DNA of 64,000 bases from Mobula hypostoma (taxonomy: Eukaryota), in the NCBI RefSeq assembly GCF_963921235.1, contig NC_086106.1, positions 24,242,001 through 24,306,000 on the forward strand, in the 5' to 3' direction. Numbering within the stretch: the first letter of the stretch is position 1; each line of letters opens with the position of its first letter. Position numbers and translations under genes: made by a program. A model generated the notes under the pieces. It ran no database searches. It was not told where the DNA came from and saw only the letters and a list, made by a program, of their open reading frames with translations. Of this stretch, positions 12,625 through 25,152 are shown one piece after another.

Positions 12625-13600
12625 TGTCATCCGGTGCGGACATGGCCCAAGTACGGAGTGAGAGACACTGAAGCCGGTCGATATTTCACAGATTTTAATG
12701 CGAACACTGTTAAAGGGAAAATAAAATAATAAACTCCAGACCAAACAAGACTGTAGCTAAAACTCTCAAATTGTGAACGAAGCCCATTCTGCTGCTGAAA
12801 AGAGCAACTAGATATCAAACGAATACCGGTTTCTTCCGAGTCATTTGACTGTCTAATTTCTCGGTGAACGCGGAATGCGGGCAACCAAGCGTATCCGCTT
12901 GAAGTCCCGGCTGAACGACTTGACCAAGCTGTTCTTCGGCGAGATCCATGTACGTTCTTCTGGTCCTTAAACGTTTCAGTCCACATGGTACTGGACATTA
13001 CCACGTACCCGGCGAGATGTCAGGTGGCGCCTCACCATGGAGACAAGTAAACGATGTAAGAGGCGGGTATAAGCGGGAGGTGGGGTGACTGGGGCCAGGG
13101 GAGAGGTAATAAACGGCTGAAGCTGGAAAACATAGAATACTGGGTGGACCATCAGTGATGCTGATCGACGCAATCTATAGGCCACCCTTCTGACAACATT
13201 TCCAGTACAAACGGTCTCACGTAGCGCAGGGCCAATTTGCGGCTCTCGACATTCAGAGGAAGATCCCTTGAAGCCAACCAGACCTCCTGCCCTGGCTTGA
13301 ATAGCTTTACCTGTCGACGGAGAGGATCAGACTACGATAATTTTTTTTTTTTTTTCTGTGCGCACAGCAGATAAACCCTGGCTCGTCTCCGGGTGCACTT
13401 GTAGCGCTGGAGCAGCAGTCCAGCAGGAGTTACTCCTACGTCAATCTCGTTCTCAAGGAAGAGCGGAGTCTGGATTCGCTTCTGACATTCAAAGCGATAT
13501 TCTCCTGGAAGTCGAGAGCGGGACAGTGGCACGGCGCTACGTGAGAACCATTTGTAGTGGAAAAAGACTGTCAGCAAGGTGTCTTATAGATTGTGTCTAC
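12625..13600 (-). mobile_element. Chromovirus-type (Sushi-like) Gypsy 3' end: integrase C-terminus, chromodomain and LTR
   Basis: Minus-strand [55 protein letters not shown] and TSRRVRGNVQYHVD..GPEERTWISP (chromodomain). The LTR-like end GGATGACA is at 12625. Confidence 0.85.
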
Positions 13601-13604
13601 TAGC

Positions 13605-14147
13605 ATTACTGACGATCCATCCAGTATTCCATGCTTCCCAGCTCAAGCCGGTTGCTACCTTTCCTCTGGCCCCTCTCATCCTACCTCCTCCTCCACCCCG
13701 CCTGGTAGATGGTTCCCTTGTCTATATGGTGCGGCGCCTCTTGGCATCTCGCTGAGAACTTGGAAAGTGCCAGTACCTTGTGGACTTGGAAGGGTATGGC
13801 CCAGATGAACGCACTTGGATCCCACCGATGGACATCTTTGTCAAGTCATTGAACTGGGACTTCCATGACACATAGCTACCCTTCACTGCCTGCATTCCGC
13901 CTTGCCTGAGAAATTGGACTGTCGAGTCAACTGACCCGAATACCAGCAGTGTTCGTTTAATTCTTAGATGTTCTCTTCAGCCACAGTATGGGCTTCGTTC
14001 ACCATTTGAGAGTTTTAGTTAACGGTCCTGTTTGGCCTAGAGTTAAGTGTGTACTTCTCCCTTTAACACTGTTGGCATTAAAGTCTGTGAAATATACACT
14101 TCACTGTTTATCACTAGGCACTTGGGCCGTGTCCGCACCGGATGTCA
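13605..14147 (+). mobile_element. Second chromovirus 3' end (chromodomain plus LTR), inverted relative to 12625-13600
   Basis: [43 protein letters not shown]. The LTR ends CTTGGGCCGTGTCCGCACCGGATGTCA at 14147, matching the reverse complement of 12625-12655. Confidence 0.85.
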
Positions 14148-14249
14148 GCAAGTCTTGACATGCACTAAGATAGACGAATGAAGTTAAATACTATCACGAT
14201 GAAATAAATAATTAGCTTACTCGTGCATATTTACAAGCGCAATTGCTGT

Positions 14250-17200
14250 ATCTACTGCCCTTCCGAATCCATGGTTATCGCACTATCTTGCTGAGAATTG
14301 GAGGGAACGCTGCTAAGGAAGTTCTGTTACAGGTAAAAGAGAGGGGTCTAACCATCTCACCACGTCATCGGACAGACACTGGTCTGATCCCACGAGAGAT
14401 TCCATTTTCCATTGTTTTGGATTCCGTATTTCTGTCCTGGAACGAGCAGGATGCATAACTTAGTAGCGGCATCTCCTGAATATATCCTGGGAATGATTGA
14501 ATTGTGTGCTGAATCGTTGCAGACCAGTTAGTGTATCGTTCTTCCTTAAGGGTATCTCGACCAAAGGTGCTGTTGGGATTGGCCAAGTCGGAACCTTTGG
14601 TGCTTCCATTGTACTGAAAAGAATCCAACATCAATCAGTCCCAAAGTCTGATAAGCACGAAAGTAATCCGGGAGACTTTAAAAGCCCTATTTAATTGTCT
14701 TCCGTATCATCCTACAGTAATCCTGTGTGAACAGTGCCGGAGGGAGAATGGACATGGCGAATGACGGTCGATTATGCACAGAAGAAGAAACACAAGTTTC
14801 TCGCAAGTTTTGGTGTGAATGTGCTTACTATCATTAAGGACATAGTAGGAAGAGCGTGGGCGCATTCGTATATGGCACTCCATCTGATCAACAGTTTTTA
14901 CTCCATTCCCCTAAGTGGATAATCGCAGGACCAGTTTGCAGTTACATGGGAAGGGCAGCACTACACATTTTACCGCCTCTACGAGGGGCGAAAAATGCAG
15001 TTTTAAGTTGTACCCAGGACTGACTGCCCGAGATCTACAGGAGAGACAGTTCGATACTAGAGTACCCAGATCCCACTAGGAGGATGACGTGCGCTTACAG
15101 GCGTTAGCAGGAGGCAGTGCAGCATGCAAGGGATCACGTAGAGACCTCCCTGGGGAAGCGTGGGGGTTCCATCAACCGCATAAGATAGAAGGCCCCAACC
15201 GGAACCTTCTATCCCAAGAAACACTATGCATTCTGGGCACCAGGAGATACATAGAAAGTCTGAGACTCTAAATACCGTCGTTCCTAACTGGTTTTAACGG
15301 ACTCCTGGGAAAATGGCGCTAGCATATAATCCAGCTGACCATAATATTTAGCATTTTACTTTTTACCCCACGTGGACCGTTTTCAAAGAGGATGACTCTT
15401 AGTACACGGCCTTTGAGGCTGCTAATCAGGTCCTGGAACCGGTTTTTCCACAGCCCAGCGACAGACCTGCTTATCTGTTGATCTGCAGACTTCGGCTATT
15501 CCTCAGATGGCTGTAGAACCTATGGCATGTTTTCAAGCAGCTTTGAGTCCCCTTGGTGTTTTGGACTGACTCTGAGGCGCCGACAAGGTACAACCGCTTT
15601 GAGTGGCATGGAATGGGTGGTGTAACAACAGGGACCAATGAATCGTCCAGAGGTTTGTCGACACTCACGTGATTATGCCGTCATACCGGTATCATGCTGG
15701 CGTAATCTTCCAAATATTAGTCGTCTGGTTAAGGGCGATCGACGGAAATATATTCAGGATTACCAGCACACAACCCCTTGGGCCTTTTATTTTGGTTCTG
15801 CGGTCCGCTAAACATCAGACATCTTCTGAGTCGGTTGTGCAGCGACCGGATCTCCCTATTATAAAGTGGGTAAACTTCAACAAGGCCACTCACAAAGTTG
15901 GCCGTACTCAACGCTGTTCGATCGTCAAATGGAAATGCTATATCTTAGACACAGCCGAAAAAGGTCTTCATGAGGTGAGCTAGCTCCTTCCGCAGGTTAT
16001 GTCTTAGCCCAATAGTCACCGTTGGATCATGGATGAGGTCCCCAAAATCGACTGCACACCGATAAAGCGGGGTGAACCTTATGATGATGTCACCCCTATG
16101 AACAAATAAAACACAAAAAAGTCTAACTCACAGACGGCTCCAGCCGCAGGCGGAGGGAAAAGCAATGGCGAAAGGCTGCAGAGTTCGTACCTGCGATAGC
16201 CAAGGTACTCACGGAAGCGGGAATGGTTTCCATCCATTTGGTTGAATTGGTGTGCGTAGGATCCCTTTGGAAGGAAGCCCCCCTAAGACGCACTCCCCCT
16301 TACGATATCTCAATCTGCTCTTTGATAAATTGAGATAAATATAATTGATTTGGAGAGATGGGTGTGTGCTGGCAATCCTGAATATATTTCGGTATATCGC
16401 CCTTAACCAGTCGTCTAAGATTAGGACAATTACACTAGAATTACCCGGTATCACGACATTACCATGTGTGTGTTGACACACCTCTGGTCGACTCAAAGGC
16501 CCTGCTCTTACACCACCCATAGACTGCGTAAGGCCCAAGCACAGCTCATTTCAGGTTTTGGTAATTTCTGGGAGCGCTGTGTGGGGTGATGTAATAGGTG
16601 GAAGCATCTATATAACTCAGAACCACTGATATTGAGTTGAGATTCTCTTTAAGAGGCTACCGTGAGGTGGTGACGTAATTACTTGGAGAATTCTTTGTCT
16701 GCAATTTATGTTCTGGGTTTGGAGGACAATGAGGAGTTGTTATCCTGTCCATTAAACTTAAAACGTATTCTCTGTTTTATTAACGATAGTCCACGGAATC
16801 ACTGTAGATATTCGAACAAAAGGAGCAAGATGGGAAAAATTGATCATAGTAAAGTCATGGAAATATTATTTCTGACTATGGCCCTTCCCAGAAACCTGAA
16901 GTATCCATGTTTGAAAAAGGACAACTGTTATACATGCAGGACGAATATGTGCCATCCATATAGAGCAATTGTTACATTTGTTTTCCATACACCAACATCA
17001 AAAACATTGTTTCCTGTATTTGCAAATAATAAATAAGATCAGCTGTCCCTGGAGGCATTCAAGCATCACAAGTACATGAGTAACAAATGGATACATAATA
17101 CATATATATGAAGTATTATCCTTCTTGAAGCTCGGTCTAAACAGATAAATCATTCAATGATATATATTTTTTCGATATATTTGTCGCACTGTTCCGATTC

Positions 17201-18700
17201 TGGGATCAATTGAGAGTATACTTCCGCAACTTGCAACTCCGCCTTCCAAGCTACCGTGGGGATACAGGGACATGCAGTAAGAAACTCTTTCGTCATAGCG
17301 AGAAGTAATCTAGCATTCAAGTTATACTACTAAGAGCAGACACCGGTTAACCGTTTGAGCTACTGTATTCTGATTTTAGACAGACAGCCGAAGCAGTAAC
17401 CAAATGTCCCTGTCGAAACAAAAAATAAGTAGGGAGGAAACTAGATTATTTTAAGACCATTGGCGAGGCAAGTACAAACCTGTATTTTTTTCAGTATAGG
17501 AATAAGCCATCAAGCAACCGCCGACCATTATTATGAAGATTGAATCCAAAAAAATTGAGTCTAATAGAGCAATTATGCACTAATCAATTCTAGGCAATAA
17601 CGCGAATATATTTAAAGCTTCTATAGATAACGAAAAAGACAAAACGCTGTCTATTTTCTACACTCAATTTAAATGCCTAAATCCGTCCAGCAGCTGGAAG
17701 TATGGATAAGAACATTAAAAAAAATGTAACGAAACTTTCTGAGAACAATAAAGCCAGACAGTATAGATGGAATACTTTAGTAAGCAATGAACCCAGCTAT
17801 TCCTATACCGTAATCCGCTGATTACTGAAGACAGCTTGTATAGAAAAATAAACACAGAATACTAACAACTAAAAATAAATGTTTATGTTACAATGGGAAA
17901 CCCGGCCCCTAAATCCCTGCTTATGCCCACACGATCAGAAAAAAAAAGTTGGGGCCACCCGCTTGTTCCCCTAGGATCGCTCGCTGATACGTTCGGTTCG
18001 AATCAGTGGTCAGCTAGTACTCGGTTACAATTTCTAGTGATTCATATCGCTGTTATTGAAATGATATTGGGATTGCAACAAGGACCCCGGAAGGGTCAGC
18101 TAGCCAAGGCCGTGGAGGTACTGACTACTGCCCTGTACCTGAATGCTGCCCCTGTGCCAGATTTTGGCGGAGCTTACGGAAGGGGACGGAATGCCTCTTC
18201 ACGACGGTTCGAATTTTCACCAGATAGAGCTGAGGGGTTGTCCGATAGGTCTGGACCCCTGATAAGATTCGCAATATCTTCACCGACTCCACTGATCCAC
18301 TAAAGAAACATGTGGCGATTTATAATTAGCTTACTCAGATCTGACAAATATTAAACACGCTGCCTGGCGATTTACAGACGCTTCTCTGTCTTACATACGG
18401 AACTTAGTGGACGGGGCGGGGGCGGGGGGATGCCAAATTCCAGCTCACCTGTGGCGCCTATGGACTAGCTGTGGAAGTAGGTTCATACCCTGGCCTTTTA
18501 CATGCCCACACAGTTATTGCTGGAAACACAGACGCGTCATGATTCCTTATCCTTAAAATCTCATTTCATGCGGAAGGATTAAAGTGATGGAAGACACGGC
18601 AACTGATGGGAACCAGGACTACACTTCCTGAACGCCAAAAACGCCAGTATTATGATCACCACCTGCGAGCCAAAGGAATATTTTTCTGGTCTTCATCCCC
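14250..18700 (+). mobile_element. Decayed class III (ERV-L/spuma-related) endogenous retrovirus pol region with later insertions
   Basis: Protease-like TDTGLIP (about 14375). VLLGLAKSEPLVLP. SYSNPV..WTWRMTVDY (14710-14775). LINSFYSIPL..SQDQFAVTWEGQHYTFYRL (14880-14980). LLGKWR*HIIQL (about 15305). PLVFW..RYNRFE (about 15550-15605). RPDLPIIKWV..HKVGRTQRCSIVKWKCYILD (15843-15950). RNase H LTDGSS (about 16125). Weak integrase-like pieces at about 17250-17420 and 18560-18660. The motif order matches ERV-L pol. Confidence 0.8.
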
Positions 18701-19889
18701 AGTGATCAGGACCTGACGACATCCACATTTTGAGCGCAGACATATGAGCTCAGCATTAACAGCAGGGAAGCTTGTGAAGCTAGCTAAGTGAGGAATTATA
18801 GAAGCTGTACTAGCTAGGGAGGAATTATAGAAGACATAACAGTTGAAGTAGTTTGCATAATAGGATGGCCTTAGTTTTATACTCCACGAAAAAGGTGGAG
18901 TTAGCGAGTGTGAAGGTCAACAATGTTGCAGCTATTTCCCAGATGATTCTGAGACTATCACCCATCTAGTGGTCAATGTTGAGAAAAACGTAAAATAAAT
19001 CCCGAATGCGCGAGAGGGATTCCATGGCTACAACCCACAAGGAGGGTAGTAAACCTTCATTGAACTCCTGGGCAACAATTGTCCATTTCAGCCTTTTCTG
19101 GCTCGCAATAATTGTGATGGTAGTTTATTAATATGCAAAGCGTTCTCATGACCTTCTGCTTCACGCATCCCTCCGGTAACGATATCTTTACCAAAGTAAC
19201 CAGGGGACCGGTACTACTTGACAGGAGGCAAAACAGCAATTCTCAGTTTGATGAGGAAGCCTCTCTGCCCATGCGTACATCACACCTCCCCCCCACCCTC
19301 TTCATAAGAATCCACTGTTCCTGAAGAGCAGAATTGAACAGAATGATCAAAAACGAAGGGTCCGTGGAAGATTTTGCACAACAGGAACCAGTAAATACAG
19401 TTGCGAGACTATTCAAAGACGTTTCTGGGTTGCGTATTGTCTGAATCAGAAGAAAATCGTAGTGCTGCTGTCTAGGCTATTGCTCTACAACGTAACTGTA
19501 TATGACTTAGCTGGGTTTCACGCGTAGCTTACTTAGAATAATACCAAATACTGTATGGCAATTTTGAACAAGCTATAGCTGTTAGAGTAATCTATCAAAA
19601 GGGCGGTGTATTGATTGTAAACTGGGTCGTTGCTCTCCGGATAGACAGCTCTCCGTGTCATGTAAATAAAGAGTGTCATAAAGGATAGCTGGGCCTGACT
19701 CTTGTGTCGAAAAGGAAATTATCTCACAAGCCTGTTCGATTTTGTTAGCCTTTTACTTTGCAACTCATCTCGATAATTGGAATTTTGCCCTATCAACATC
19801 TTTCCTTATTTCACACTGCCTCTATTGAAAGATTACCAGGGCGGGATTAGTGTTTCTCAGCTTTCTACCTAGTTCCCTAAAATCCTTCT

Positions 19890-20620
19890 TCAGGACTATT
19901 TCAGCTTGCCTACTTCCGACATTGATGCCAACATGTACCAAGACTGTTCACCCACGCCGTTGAGGATGTCATGGACCTGATCCAAGACATCGGTGATTCG
20001 GGCACCAGCGAGATAACATTCCAAACTGGTGTCTCTATCGTGCCCACTGAAAATCGTTTCTGTTCCTCTTACAATGGAATCTACTACTATAACAGCAATG
20101 CACTTCATGTAACTCCTCGTCTGAACTACAACACCAGACGTTTTGACAGTCAGCTGGTAATTTTGGCTCTACAGGGTAGTTTCCCAAAAAAATAGTTTCT
20201 AAAGTCTTGAGTAAAACGGACCCGGGTGTATTCCACACTGACACAACATTTCCCATCCTCTAACAGTCACCCAGTTGTCTGTGTTCTGCAGTCTTGGAGT
20301 GAGTACTTCCCTATAGCACCTGTATATCTCCTCATTTTTATTGCGTGTGTGTCGAAAGACATCGACCGCATCTCGAATTCCTGAAAAAAAAACTCTCAAC
20401 TGAAGCTCGGTGCACCTGATGCAGAAATGTTTTTGTACGGGAAACTGTTTCCCAGACTTCCCACACATGTACTAAACCAGGACCCTGGGGTCATCATCAC
20501 TGAAAAACTGACCTGAACAGACGAGAAATGAACAAATAAGAACAGAAAGAGATAGACTTACAAAATGCTTCACCACCACAACTCCGATCTTGATGCAACA
20601 TGATGAGTTAAAACCACTCT
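19890..20620 (-). mobile_element. CR1-like LINE 5' fragment (ORF1: zinc-finger region plus SGNH esterase)
   Basis: VIVVDSIVRGTETIFSGHDRD..CYLAGARITDVLDQVHDIL matches the CR1 ORF1 esterase motif GDSIVRG..CCLPGARV. Upstream HFCIRCTELQL..DNWVTVRG. Confidence 0.82.
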
Positions 20621-20699
20621 AAACAATGGCACACTCTAAAGAAAAACCTTTTCGCCAGCACCTGTTATATCCAATTGGCCCCTTCGAATAGATGCATCT

Positions 20700-21305
20700 T
20701 GCTACTGATCGTTCCTCAACTCGGCTAAACTGCCGCGAAGTACTGCATTTTAAATCTCATGATTGAAATTTACCACTTTTCAAAACACCTCTGTCATCGA
20801 TTCTCCGACTCAGATAAAACTGCGACGATATTCTGCTTTTTAAATGATGACGCGGCCTTGACTGAAAGTTTGCTCATTTTGCGCACCACCTCTTGCTTGT
20901 TGGTCACTCCTCAACTCAGAAAAAAAAAATCTGCCCCAAAGCCGTGTCTTTAAGAACTGGATCGCAGTCGTCATTGAAAGCTGCCTTTTTGCTCACCCCA
21001 ACTTGGTTGTCTAACTTGGAACGCAGAAAGCCAACCTACAGAATATTTGTGAATCTTGAAAAGTAGGAGTATATAGTGCCAGCGAAGGTTCTAGACCGAG
21101 ATGGGTGCGCTTACTGTCACTATTAACACTTCAGCGGTTTTCCCTGTTTTCCAGAAATCCATGGAACACACATTAAAGACGACGAAAAGAAACCGCCGTC
21201 GCTAACGGAACGTTTGATGAAATTGGATGAGCTGCACTTTCCACTGCGCAGGCTCACTGAGAAAGAGAGTGTTAAAAAGTAGAAAAAAGTATGAGGTAGC
21301 AGCAT
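20700..21305 (-). pseudogene. Possible decayed V segment with leader exon (21258-21305) and V-exon start near 21036
   Basis: Leader-like MLLPHTFFYFLTLSFS followed by GTGAGC. Acceptor TTCTGTAG then (G)WLSAFQVRQPSWVSKKAAFNDDC. The 3' half is not recognisable. Confidence 0.35.
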
Positions 21306-22996
21306 ATATTTACAGAGCGTTATGACAGGGTGATGCTGAGAGTATTTTTGTTTTTATTGAATTTCTTTGTCGCACTTGCCTCGGCAAAGTTCAATCTGAC
21401 CTTAAGACCGTTCCATATTACCTTTGAGGCAATAGTTTCGGCAAGATAAGAACTAAGATCTACAATTGAAGTCTAGCCGCAGGAGATTAAATCTGTACTA
21501 CTATGCTTTGGAAAGAAAGACTAGCACTAGAAAATAACTAAATTGCGGAGTTTAAAATAATACACCACTCGACTGTGTGCACATCTGCAGAAAGAATATA
21601 TAACTGATGTTCCACGGACATATTTACAGTTTATTACAGCGGGAATTGCACATCAGAAAACAAAAGCAAAAGGAAATATGAGTCAGACATAAGGACGTGC
21701 TGAGATGAAACATCACTCTAACCATTGCCCGCGCATGCCAAAATATGACGCCAAACAATGAACTTCAACGACAGGGTTCTGTTTAAATCGGATATCGTAT
21801 TCTTAATTTATCCAGTAGAGACATTAGTAATAAAAGCAAAAGTCTTCATTGAGCGTCACGTGGTCGTGCAGTATCAAATTATAAATTATCAACATCTTGG
21901 AAAATCTCCCACCGTAAGATTTCTGCCAGTCTACATTAATCAGAAAAAAAAAATCTGAATATTGGCCCAAAGGGTGTACATACTCTGCAATGTCACACGA
22001 ATTTTCAAACCAGATGGATTTCCTATTAAAATTCCGAATGAAATATTGGTTTTAATTTCCCTCCCGAGCTGATCTGAACCTTGCAGCAGGAAATTGGCTT
22101 CCCAGTCCAATGAAGCCAACAGACTGCGGAGTGAGCCCTTTTTGGATGCATCACAGAATCCAGAGCGATGGAGAACATAACCTAAACATTTCCTATGCAC
22201 AACACCTTTGTAGCTATCCTACAGTAATCCTGCTGCCATTCTTTGTTCCCCTGAAACGATTACAGACAAATTACAGAGCTGTGTGAGGTTACACAAATAG
22301 CCACGCGAGCTTCCGGAATTACAAAGGTCAAGCAGACCGCGTGTGGATGTGTCATCATCTGCCTCTTCTGCATACATTTTAATTTACATACTCTTCCTTA
22401 GAATTTACTACTTCACCTTCCTTGATGTTTCTGAACCAGAAAATTCCAATGTTTAACAGTTACTCAGAAAATTGCTTTTGATTTATTTACTGCATCACTA
22501 ATCACTTCCAGTGATACAGTGCCCAAACATTCTCTGCCCAACAAGTTTGCCAGATGGAGAGGTTATGCAAAGTCACCAATGGCACTCTGTTCATCTCCAT
22601 TAACTTGAATTGTTTCTCAATTGATAAATTTCAGAATGACGAATTGGAAATATCACCCACAAATGCAGCTATTATCAGAAAATTTCGGTAAAGTGTGGTA
22701 TTTTTTATTGACAGTAACATTTTATGGAGTACGTCGGAAGGGGTTAAGAACAGTTGGAGCTGAGGAAAATGGGGGGGGGGGAAGGGTTTGTGACGAGGTA
22801 TTTTACCCGAGTACCAAAATGAGACTAAAGGGTTAAACAGGGATTTTATTTATTTATTATGTTTAAATTTCTTTAAATTATGAACAATGACGAACAGACA
22901 GAATCCCGGAAGTAAATATTTTCATTCATTGCAAGGAACAGCTGTTTATCATGCAAAGAGACTGACAGTCTGCAGAATGAAATACGCCCGAGTCGA

Positions 22997-23035
22997 GGTT
23001 TTTGTACAGCAGTGCTTCTCATTACTACCACTGTG
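22997..23035 (-). promoter_or_regulatory. Consensus 23-RSS
   Basis: Minus strand CACAGTG, 23 nt, ACAAAAACC: perfect heptamer and nonamer. Confidence 0.97.
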
Positions 23036-23327
23036 AGCATTTCGATGGCACAGTAATGGACGGCTGAATCTGTCATTGTCGTTCTCCTAATAGCCAAATA
23101 ACCTCGCTTTTTCTCAGCATTCCACATGATCTCGAGTTGTCCAACGACATTTGTACCGCTGCTTGCGAGGCTCAACACCCGCTCCAGCTGTCGCCCTTGC
23201 CTCATTTTGTACCAGTGGATGACAGATATTTCAGAGGTATTGACGATGCAATTGAACTGCGCCGGGTCTCCAAATTCGACGGTTAGGGAACCGGGTGACT
23301 GGAATATCTCGCCTGCAAGGCCACTCT
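23036..23327 (-). CDS. TCR alpha/delta-type V exon, open frame, potentially functional; leader exon not located
   Basis: (E)SGLAGEIFQSPGSLTVEFGDPAQFNCIVNTSEISVIHWYKMRQGRQLERVLSLASSGTNVVGQLEIMWNAEKKRGYLAIRRTTMTDSAVHYCAIEM. It has Cys23, Trp41 and Cys104 and abuts the consensus RSS. There are two possible phase-1 acceptors (exon start 23327 or 23312). Confidence 0.92.
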
Positions 23328-25152
23328 CTCATGAAACAGGGGAAATATAGTCAAGGTTATTGCCAGACTTTGAAAAGAAACAAGTCGAGCTAAAAACATA
23401 AACAAATGTGACTCATCACCTGTGGATGTTTAGTTGGGTATCTAGCTTCGGCTGAACCTGAACCATTGAACCGTCAAGAAGAAATTCTTGAAGATTGAAC
23501 TTTGGAACTTTTGCCGTATTCCCATAAACGACAGACAGAGACGTTACCCTAAAGTTAAATGAGTTTTTTTTTGTTCTTTTTACTTATTTCATTATGTCTG
23601 ATGATCTGCGTGCCGCATAGAAATGAAAGTATTCTGTAAACTTTTTTGGCTTTTTTAAGGCACGCTAGCGGAGAACATTCTGGTGCAAACAAACCCCTAC
23701 AACATCTTAGAGCATCATTTATAAAAGTGGGACCCAGTTGTCCTTTTACAGCAAAGGGTCCCCACCGCTCACAGTGTGGCTGGAAACCCTAAGCAGACTT
23801 TGAATACCACCCGTCGCAGTGTTCCGCTTTTTGTGTTTAATAATACATAGGGATTTCATAAACTGCTGAGGAAATCACAAATGGAAGAGAAAACAACGTA
23901 CGAGAGTAGAGTAAGGGAAGCGAATCAATGAATAAATAAATAAGAGATCAGTTATGCCATGTAAATGGTCAAAAGTTATTGGGGCAACGTCTAAAATAGC
24001 ATACCTATAATGATCAATTATTTCTGCTTTTATTCGCGTTCCATGTAATATCCCTGTTATGATTTCTCAACAAGTCATTTTGCTAAATAGCATGATGACC
24101 AGAGTGGAGACAATGTTCTCACTAGTCCATATTAGTAGCCCATTTTCAACATTAGCAATGGACATTTGCAATCAGAACAGAACATATGAAGGAAGGCCTT
24201 ATTTATCCACGTTCATATTCTGCGAAACATCTTCAGACATTTGTTTTTTAGCAGTTAGAAGCATCATTCGACGTGCACTATGAAAGGGAGGGTCGTTTTT
24301 ATTTTCCCATTCCTAAAATGAGTTAATATCATCGATGGCATGGTTCTTTTGACCTAGCGAACATAACTACGGAAAGTTTCATACAGATAACCAGGCTGTT
24401 AATTTCTATTGAGATGAAATAACATTATTATGCCTGCGTATTACACATCGAAAACAATGGGAGTGAGGAATATTCTTATCGTCTACCACTGTTATCAACC
24501 GGTGCCCCGTTACCCACAGATAAAGCCATGAGTGGAAACTATCCCGCAGAACCTCGAAAATGCATTCCATGCCTGCCACTAATCAGAGATATCGTTCTGT
24601 GAATGACATTATTATCAGTTATGACAAATTTTAGATCCTATTTAGGGCTAATAGTTTTTTTTTTGGTGTATCAAACAAGTTAGTACCGCTTCGAAATTAA
24701 TATAATATAGGACTCATGGAGGAAACCTCAAAACACTTCAAGAAACCAATATGAATCAAGACTTTGTATTGATTCCCTCAAAGATCTTCAAAGGAAAATG
24801 AGAATTTATGCGTCTGAGATCTCGGTCGAATCGGCTCCCACACAGAAATTTTAAGGAATTGAGGCACAGTACTCGAATATGTAATGTTTCAGGAATTTTC
24901 AGCTTGGCAATGAAATCACCTGCACCTATTCGGTAAAATCAAAATACCACTTTCGATTTGCTTTCCCTTTTAGTTATTTTTCTGATGCTAGAGTTTAATT
25001 GAGTGCCTCTCCACCCTATAAACCCAAATGAGTACAGATTGAATCGTGAGTTAGGGCAAGAGATACGAAAAGGTTTGCCTCAATATACATTTAGACTCTT
25101 GTAATTTGGACTTGCTTGCAGGTGCAAATATTTGAAAATGTTTCATCATACT

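Noticed and set aside
16683-17036. 117-aa ORF with a Cys cluster (YPCLKKDNCYTC) inside the ERV region
   Set aside because: It has no recognisable domain and starts at TTG. It is probably a fragment of an inserted repeat and cannot be assigned.
18700-19600. Possible ERV dUTPase or env downstream of the integrase
   Set aside because: No dUTPase motifs, furin site, CX6CC or transmembrane segment could be read.
23400-23475. J-like string GGT TCA GGT..AAG CTA GAT ACC CAA (GSG..KLDTQ) on the minus strand about 80 bp upstream of the leaderless V, which would mimic a NAR-TCR J-V cassette
   Set aside because: There is no Phe/Trp before GSG, the frame is broken, there is no GT donor at the expected place and no upstream 12-RSS. 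The sequence looks like a (TGAACC)n repeat-derived tract.
23770-23830. Isolated perfect heptamer CACAGTG
   Set aside because: No nonamer at 12 or 23 nt; the nearby GCTTTTTGT is in the wrong orientation and at the wrong distance.
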